DNA from: the human T2T-CHM13v2.0 reference genome, Homo sapiens
Length of the DNA stretch: 64,000 nucleotides
Direction: 5' to 3' (one strand)
Assembly (NCBI RefSeq): GCF_009914755.1
Contig: NC_060928.1
Within the stretch, counting starts at the first letter, position 1. Every line of letters starts with the position of its first letter. Both the position numbers and the translations under genes were made by a program. Shown here one piece after another: positions 40,252-64,000 of this stretch. Under the pieces are notes generated by a model, which did not search any database, was not told where the DNA came from, and saw only the letters and a list, made by a program, of their open reading frames with translations.

Positions 40252-42842
40252 TGGGTGCGGGTGTCTGTGAGTGTGGGTGCGTGGTTGTGATTGTGGTGTG
40301 GGTGTCTGTGGGTATGGGTGTGAGTGTGGTTGTGATTGTGTGGGTGTGGGTGTGAGTGGTGATTGTGTGTGGGTGTGGGTGTGAGTGTGGTTGTGATTGT
40401 GTGTGGGTGTGGTTGTGATTGTGTGTGGGTGTGTGGTTCTGATTGTGTGGGTGTGGGTGTGAGTGGTTGTGATTGTGTGGGTGTGGGTGTGTGGTGATTG
40501 TGTGTGGGTGTGGGTGTGAGTGGTTGTGATTGTGTGGGTGTGTGGTTGTGATTGTGTGGGTGTGGGTGTGAGTGGTTGTGATTGTGTGGGTGTGGGTGTG
40601 AGTGTGGTTGTGATTGTGTGTGGGTGTGGGTGTGAGTGGTTGTGATTGTGTGGGTGTGTGGTTGTGATTGTGGGTGTGGGTGTGAGTGTGGTTGTGATTG
40701 TGTGTGGGTGTGGGTGTGAGTGGTTGTGATTGTGTGTGGGTGTGGGTGTGTGTGGTTGTGATTGTGTGTGGGTATGGGTGTGAGTGGTTGTGATTGTGTG
40801 TGGGTGTGAGTGTGGTTGTGATTGTGTGTGGGTGTGTGTGGTTGTGATTGTGTGTGGGTGTGTGTGGTTGTGATTGTGTGGGTATGGGTGTGAGTGGTTG
40901 TGATTGTGGATATGGGTGTGTGTGGTTGTGATTGTGTGTGGGTGTGGGTGTGTGTGGTTGTGATTGTGTGTGGGTGTGGGTGTGAGTGTGGTTGTGATTG
41001 TGTGGGTGTGGGTGTGAGTGGCTGTGATTGTGTGTGGGTGTGGGTGTGTGTGGTTGTGATTGTGTGTGGGTGTGAGTGTGGTTGTGATTGTGTGGGTGTG
41101 GGTGTGAGTGTGGTTGTGATTGTGTGGGTGTGGGTGTGTGTGGTTGTGATTGTGTGTGGGTGTGAGTGGTTGTGATTGTGTGGGTGTGGGTGTGAGTGTG
41201 GTTGTGATTGTGTGGGTGCGGGTGTGTGGTTGTGATTGTGTGTGGGTGTGTGATTGTGTGTGGGTGTGTGGTTGTGATTGTGTGTGGGTGTGGGTGTGAG
41301 TGTGGTTGTGATTGTGTGGGTGTGTGTGGTTGTGATTGTGTGGGTGTGGGTGTGAGTGGTTGTGATTGTGTGGGTGTGTGTGGTTGTGATTGTGTGTGGG
41401 TGTGGGTGTGTGTGGTTGTGATTGTGTGTGGGTGTGAGTGTGGTTGTGATTGTGTGTGGGTATGGGTGTGAGTGTGGTTGTGATTGTGTGTGGGTGTGAG
41501 TGTGGTTGTGATTGGGTGTGAGTGGTTGTGATTGTGTGGGTGTGGGTGTGAGTGTGGTTGTTATTGTGTGGGTGTGGGTGTGTGTGGTTGTGATTGTGTG
41601 TGGGTGTGAGTGTGGTTGTGATTGTGTGGGTGTGGGTGTGTGTGGTTGTGATTGTGTGTGGGTGTGGGTGTGAGTGTGGTTGTGATTGTGTGTGGGTATG
41701 GGTGTGAGTGTGGTTGTGATTGTGTGGGTGTGAGTGTGGTTGTGATTGTGTGGGTGTGGGTGTGAGTGGTTGTGATTGTGTGGGTGTGGGTGTGTGGTTG
41801 TGATTGTGTGGGTGTGGGTGGTTGTGATTGTGTGGGTGTGGGTGTGAGTGGTTGTGTGTGGGTGTGTGGTTGTGATTGTGTGTGGGTGTGTGGTTGTGAT
41901 TGTGTGTGGGTGTGTGTGGTTGTGATTGGGTGTGGGGTGAGTGGTGTGATGTGTGTGGGTGTGGGGTGAGTGTGGTTGTGATTGTGTGGGTGTGGGTGTG
42001 TGGTGATTGTGGCTGTGTGGTTGTGATTGTGAGTGTGGGTGTGTGGTTGTGATTGTGTGGGGGTGTGGTTGTGATTGTGTGTGGGTGTGTGGTTGTGATT
42101 GTGTGGGTGTCTGGGTGTGTGGTTGTGATTGGGTGTGTGGTGTGGGTGTCTGAGTGTGGGTGTGTGGTTGTGATTGTGAGTGTGGGCGTGAGTGTGGTGA
42201 TTGTGGTGTGGGTGTCGGTGTGGGTGTGGTTGTGATTGTATGTGGGTGTGGGTGTGAATGTGGTTGTGATTGTGGTGTGGGTGTCGGTGTGGGTGTGGTG
42301 ATTGTGTGAGTATGGGTGTGAGTGTGGTTGTGATTGTGGTATGGGTGGGTGTGGGTGTGGTGATTGTGAGTGTGGGTGTGGTTGTGATTGTGTGGGTGTC
42401 GGTGTGGGTGTGGTTGTGATTGTGGGTGTGTGGTTGTGATTGGTGTGGGTGAGTGTGGGTGTGAGTGTGGTTGTGATTGTGTGTGGGTGGTTGTGGGTGT
42501 GTGGTTGTGATTATGGGTGTGGGTGGTTGTGAGTGTAGGTGTGGTTGGTTGTGATTGTGGGTGTGTGGTTGTGATTGTGGGTGTGGGGTGGTTGTGAGTG
42601 TGGGTGTGTGGGGGTAGTTGTGTGCTTGTGATTGTGGGTGTGTGGGGTGGTTGTGAGCATAGGTGTGGTTGTGGGTGTGTGGTTGTGGTGGGTGTGTGGT
42701 TGTGATTGTGGGTGTGTGGGTGGTTGTGAGCATAAGTGTGGTTGTGGGTGTGTGGTTGTGGGTGTGAGTGTGGTTGTGATTGTGGGTGTGTGGGTGGTTG
42801 TGAGTGTGCTTGTGGTTGTGATTGTGGTGTGTCTGGTTGGTG
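40252..42842. repeat. ~2.6 kb GT-rich minisatellite/VNTR, unit GGTTGTGATTG(TG)1-3GGTG(TGGGTG)0-1TG(AG)TGT, about 22-34 bp
   Basis: Recurrent GTTGTGATTGTG core with variable TG/GGG spacers. The + strand is almost C-free. The centre (~40320-41880) is homogeneous and the right third is degenerate. Confidence 0.97.
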
Positions 42843-43079
42843 GAGCTCGGGTCGTGTCTGAGTCCTACTGCACATGCAAGGCTGGCAAGTGTGTGTTGCA
42901 TTTTGTTTCCACAGAGAAAAATGGACGCTGCCTCATAAGGTAGCAGTTGTGGGGAGGGTTCCCCAAATACAAAACGGGGGCTCAGGTACTGGCTGGGCAA
43001 GAAAAGACGAGAAAGTTTTCCTGTCGATGTGGCCTCTTGGAGGCTGAACTGTGTGGCAATGTAACTAGAAACTGGAGAC

Positions 43080-46541
<3,462 letters not shown>

Positions 46542-47861
46542 CTAAAAAGACAGATCCTGTGCTCGTAATTATAAGCTTCCATGGGCAGCCGAGCTGCCAA
46601 ATGGTCAAAAAATGCAGAGCCCTTAGTCCCTGGGTCCGGCCTACATCTAAAAGTAAGGCAGTTTTGGGGTAACCAGTATTTTGCTTTTCAGCTTTTGGCC
46701 TGAGGTGGGTTGCAAAGGGACAGCTTCCTTTCAGTCCCTGCGGTTGACCTTCCTCTTGGAGGGGACATGCCAGATGCATCCAGAAGGCTAAACTGCCAGG
46801 GTTTTCTTGGGGTAGGGGTTGGGGGGCCACCAGGGTGGAGCTCTTCAAAAAGGCTCTGAAAAATGGGTGCTTCGCGGGCTGCCTTGCTTTGGAGAAGTCC
46901 ACTAAGCTCCTAAGGTGGCACAAAATTTGTCCAAAGGAGACACAGGAATTACTGACACACAGAATTTGTGCTTTGAGTGGGGCGTGTCCCCTGTCCCTCA
47001 GGACTACAGTGGATAGAGAGGTTTCAGGGCTGGGACCAGCTCTTCCCCAGAGCAGGGAAGTTTAAGGCCCAGGGAGGTTTAAGGAGTGTTGGGATTCGCT
47101 GAAGTGGTGGCCTTCTTGTCTTTCCCCAGCCCTCAGCCTGGAGAGCCACCTCCAGCTTCAGGCCCAGCTCCTTGTGCCCTGAGGTAGGGCAGTTTGCTCA
47201 GGCCAGTCACTTCTTCTTTTTTTTTTTTTTTTTGAAACGGAGTTTTACTCTTGTTGCCCAGGCTGGAGTGCGGTGAGCGCGATCTTGGCTCACCACAACC
47301 TCTGCCTCCCGGGTTCAAGCGATTCTCCTCTCAGCCTCCCAAGTAGCTGGGATTACAGGCATGTGCCAGCACATCTGGCTAATTTTGTATTTTTGGTAGA
47401 GATGGTTTCTCCATGTTGGTCAGGCTGGTGTTGAACTCCTGACCTTAGGTGATCCGCCCACCTCGACCTCCTAAAGTGCTGGGATTACAGGCGTGAGCCA
47501 CTGCGCCTGGCCCAGTCACTTCTTTAGACACCTACATGCTCATAACAGTTCTCAGAATTGCACTTCAGTAGAAAAGGTGAGGATTTTCTGCTTCTACGGC
47601 ATCCATCAGGGTTCTGAAGTCCACACAAAATGTATCACCTGGAACAGTCGCAGCTGCCTGTGTTATGTTGCTAGTCCTTGTAAGGCACCAATCCTGGTGT
47701 TTTTAATGTCGGCTCCTGGCATCGTGCCTAGTCTCTACAGATTACAAATGCCTGAAATGATGAAAAATGGCGACTCCCTATTTTCTAGTTGGCTTTTGCA
47801 GATCCAGAATCAGCACTACGGTGGCTCCTTACATGTCTTACTGACTTCTAGTGGTTTTTTT

Positions 47862-48503
<642 letters not shown>

Positions 48504-48741
48504 CTATTCAAGCTTCTTCAGGAAGAATGGATGTAGTGCTATTTACTAAAAATAACAGGTTTTATTCAGAATGACACGGTCCTTGCTCAAGAACAACAGG
48601 AGTAACCAGAGAATGAGGGGAGATAAGTTAGCAATCAGTATTGATAAAGAAACATTTGAGAAACACCCCAAAACTGAAGTACTGATCAGCAGCCTGGCCC
48701 AGGTTCCTTAGAAATGAGACCTGTATATGTTCCCGTTAGGC

Positions 48742-50550
<1,809 letters not shown>

Positions 50551-50792
50551 CACCCCCTAAAACAAACCTCGTTTGGAAATTCCGAATGTGCCTCAGAATT
50601 TATCATCCACTATGTTCTTCCTTAGCCACTGTAAGCTACCTCAGAGTACCCAGCCAGGAAGTTTGAAGGTGGCTTTTGATTTCTAATTAGGATATTCAGA
50701 CTCCAGCATCTCAACAGAAAATATGCAGAGACATTTTATCAACTTGTGACATACCAGGGGTACATGAATATTCAGGGCTCCACACTACTATA

Positions 50793-53414
50793 TAATGCTG
50801 CATTTCTTGGTTTTATTTGAAACAGTGCATATTTTTAGCATTTTATGGTAGGATTTTACACTTGTCATTTACACAAATTACAAGGTTCTGCTTCAAGTTT
50901 TTAAAAAAAATTTAAAAATTCAGCCCATGTGCAGCACAAGAATATGCAAAACTACTTTACATTATACACACTTTTTATCAAAGGAGATACAAAATTCTGG
51001 CTTGTTGTTTTAGACAAATACAAGAAGCTTCAAACTAGACACAAAGGGTTAACATTAATTCTCAAATATAAGTCTGCACTTTTGTGTTGTAGTTCTCTGA
51101 GATGTGAATACCAAATTCCTAAGGGATTTTAATGTTTTCCTTTGAAAAGGAAAACTAAAAAAATTCCCGTAAACAAGTCCCTCCCCATCAGCTTGGTCTT
51201 TCCACAACCCTACTCTTGCTTCCCTTAGTGCCAGACACTTGCATCATGTTACAAAATTGGGGTGGGCCACTTACATCATACAAGGAGCAAATCCTTTTAA
51301 CTTCTCTCCTGCAAAAATCTAAACAGGAATATATTGATGCAGATGGTTCTGCTACATTTTATTTAATATGATGTAACACTTGGTAATCTAGTAAACTGTG
51401 ATGCCGGGCAATTAATCAAAGGGAGGAAGAGACAAAGGTCCCTATCAATGCACTTTTTGTTGGTGACACACTGGAAACCTTAGGAATCAAGTTGTCTGAT
51501 GCTAAGAGAACTTTAAACTCTCTCTAAATAGAACACACCTACTGATTGCTTGAGGGACTTCTCTGATACTTATGCATAGATACTCTTTTTCAGCATGTTG
51601 GAGGCAATATTTTATACTTTCTAAAGGGTTCTGAAGAGGCAATAAGGAAGAGTGGGGATTTTTCTGCCCCTGTAAAGGTATCATTTTCTATCATTGGTAT
51701 CCATTGTTCCCTAAGCATCTTCTGATACCTAAATGTGTGTAAATGCATATTTAAAATAATTACCCATCTTTCAGTCAATACACAGCCAACTCTTGATTAT
51801 CTATGAGAAACGTAAGTGACATTTACTCTCAAACTTCACTCTAACAGAATCATCCACCTTTGATACACTTGTTTGTTTTACATCCCATGTACACTACAGC
51901 CTATCAAGACGAAGTTATAACACAAATGTTGTTTCCTCTGACCCATGCTAGAAACGTGTAAGGAAATGGAGTGAGCACATTCTGCTAGGGCTTTGCGGAT
52001 GACCCTACAGTGGACAGTGGGGGCAGGATAGAACTCTGGACATGAGAAAAGACAAATTTCATGTTCCTCCAGAATCAGGTCTTACATGCCTTCGTTATTT
52101 TGTTATCACAAAATTAAAAACCTGAGGCTTAGTCACTATTTTATATAGATAATGGAGAGTTGACTGTAATCATGTTATGACTTTAGCTCTTTAACATGAA
52201 AAAATTCACAAGAAAGCATATGATAAAAAGATTAAAAAGACTGCCATGACATCTAGAAGCATTTATTTTATGCAAAAAACTTAAATATGATTATGTGTAC
52301 ACATAAAGTGCACACATTACCTATGCTGAACAATGCCAAGAAACATAATATATTGATGCAACAGTTTTCTAAAATAAACATAAAAATGAGCCCAGACCAT
52401 CAGACAAAAGCAAAACACTTATTTCCAAATAGCACAATGCTGAAAATTGATAGCAATCCTAAAACACCTCCAACTTTCCTTAAAAGCTGCCAAAGTCCAA
52501 CTATTTTTTAAAAATTGATTTTTTTTACATTAATAAAAATCTGGTGACAAACATTATAAAACCAAATGCTGGACAGTCTTTACTCCTTTAAAATTCCAAA
52601 TATTCCAACATAATCACAGGAGTAAAAACCATTTTAAAGTGATATGCTTTATGAAACAAACAACAATATGTACATTTATTGCAAATTATATTAAACTAAA
52701 ATGAGGGGAAATCAAAATATGAACTGTTTACTACTTGCAAATCAATAATTTTAATTTTCTCACTCTGATAAAAATCAGAAAGCAACATTTATAAAATTGC
52801 TACCACATCACTTTTCATAGCAGGGAACCGAAATCTGTACATCTCATTTTTGCAGAAAAGTAGGCAGGCAGAAAGAATTATACATAAAAGTTTCCAAAAG
52901 GAAAAACAAAGAAATATTTAATCTGATCTCTTTTCTTTTAAAAAATTAATTCAGTAGACTTCTATTTTTTCCTGTGTAACATGGGAATTCCTGGCTCTAA
53001 AATGGATGAATTTTCAGTGTCAGTGTAAAGACATCTTGTTACTTTCTTTAAAATAAAAACTGCAGCGTGGAAATTAATGGTGTATTACGCATTTAAACTC
53101 CAGATAGGCAGGAACTGGAACCAAGTGTTAAGCAATTTGCTTAATTATTGACTTTTCGTAAGAAAAGTCTAGGGGAAGGGGGAGAACAGAGTTGCTTTTA
53201 GCCTCTCTCTCAAGAGTTTCTGCTGTACATTTCCATCAGAGGACTTGTGGTCATGTGAAAAGGAAGTAATAGTCTCTTTAGTTTTCAAGGCAGAGAGTGT
53301 GTGTTCTGAAGTGAGCTTCATTTTCTGTTCAGGGACATTTGTGAATCCAAGTTTTTGCAGAAGCTGGAGCCTGCTTCTGTTTGGCCTTCATTTTCTCCCT
53401 TTGCAAATGCATTT
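50793..53414 (-). other. PDS5A: PDS5A 3'UTR (end approximate)
   Basis: About 2.6 kb of AT-rich, Alu-free sequence downstream of the TAA on the minus strand. Minus-strand AATAAA at 52680-52675, 52267-52262 and 50817-50812. Confidence 0.8.
50812..50817 (-). terminator. PDS5A distal poly(A) signal
   Basis: tttatt on + (AATAAA on -) near the end of the Alu-free block. Confidence 0.7.
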
Positions 53415-53418
53415 TTAC
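53415..53418 (-). CDS. PDS5A: PDS5A terminal exon coding portion (last base of the Arg codon plus TAA)
   Basis: Minus strand reads ttctaactttgcgttctattcttaaccctaag|GTAAAAATGCATTTGCAAAGGGAG, with a CTAAC branch point at 53448-53444. It matches my recollection of the PDS5A mRNA end (...IDLQR*, CAA AG|G TAA). The preceding exon is not in the window. Confidence 0.8.
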
Positions 53419-53515
53419 CTTAGGGTTAAGAATAGAACGCAAAGTTAGAAAAGATGTGGAGAAGATATAAACCAAACGAAAATGATTTCATTTCCATAGT
53501 TGTTATCTAAAATCT

Positions 53516-60080
<6,565 letters not shown>

Positions 60081-60086
60081 AGAATA

Positions 60087-62710
<2,624 letters not shown>

Positions 62711-62829
62711 AATTATTTATATTGTGTACAACCATTACCACCATCCATCTCTAGAACTTTCTCACGTTCCCCGATTGAAACTCCATCCCCATTAAACACT
62801 AAAGCCTATTCCCGCTAACCTCAGCCCCA

Positions 62830-63777
<948 letters not shown>

Positions 63778-64000
63778 TAGTTAGATGGTACAGGGACAGC
63801 TAATGGGAGGTAAGGTCAGGTGGCTTAGGTAGCCTGTGTGTGATGATTAGTACTTTTTTGTGTGTAGGTGAAGAATAGGACAGATCTCTTGAAACCGTTC
63901 AGAGAATTTTGGCAATCTCCAGGGAAACGTTCAACTTTTGTATAACTGAAAATGTATGTTAAGGGGTAAGGAAACTAGAATTTAAAACAATAGTAACAAT

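Noticed and set aside
40252-42842. CRISPR-like array or interstitial telomere
   Set aside because: The spacers are low-complexity TG variants, not unique sequences; there are no TTAGGG units and the context is eukaryotic.
40164-42875. 903-aa and 479-aa His/Thr/Pro-rich ORFs as protein-coding genes
   Set aside because: They are stop-free only because the repeat lacks TTA/CTA/TCA on the + strand. The 903-aa frame has no ATG start in the sequence and ends inside an Alu, and no domain or splice structure is visible.

Overview
Primate, most likely human, genomic DNA from the UBE2K-PDS5A locus (chr4p14, recalled rather than checked). The left end holds the last three coding exons of UBE2K (+ strand, ubiquitin-conjugating enzyme E2-25K) and its ~4.4 kb 3'UTR. 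The right end holds the terminal exon of PDS5A (- strand; only 4 coding nt plus a ~2.6 kb 3'UTR) and part of its last intron, so the two genes converge tail-to-tail. The ~40 kb gap is saturated with Alus and contains fossil HAL1, L1, L2 and MIR pieces and two THE1-type solo LTRs. The PDS5A intron contains a near full-length but dead HSMAR2 mariner. The most unusual object is a ~2.6 kb strand-asymmetric GT-rich minisatellite (40252-42842) that starts where an Alu poly(A) tail should be. It is packed with RUNX-, KLF- and T-box-like motifs and sits next to a small non-repetitive CpG-rich patch. Almost all ORFs in the track are Alu or low-complexity artefacts. I see no convincing new gene system; the findings are candidate regulatory or structural oddities. 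Repeat family names and most repeat boundaries come from eye recognition and are approximate.
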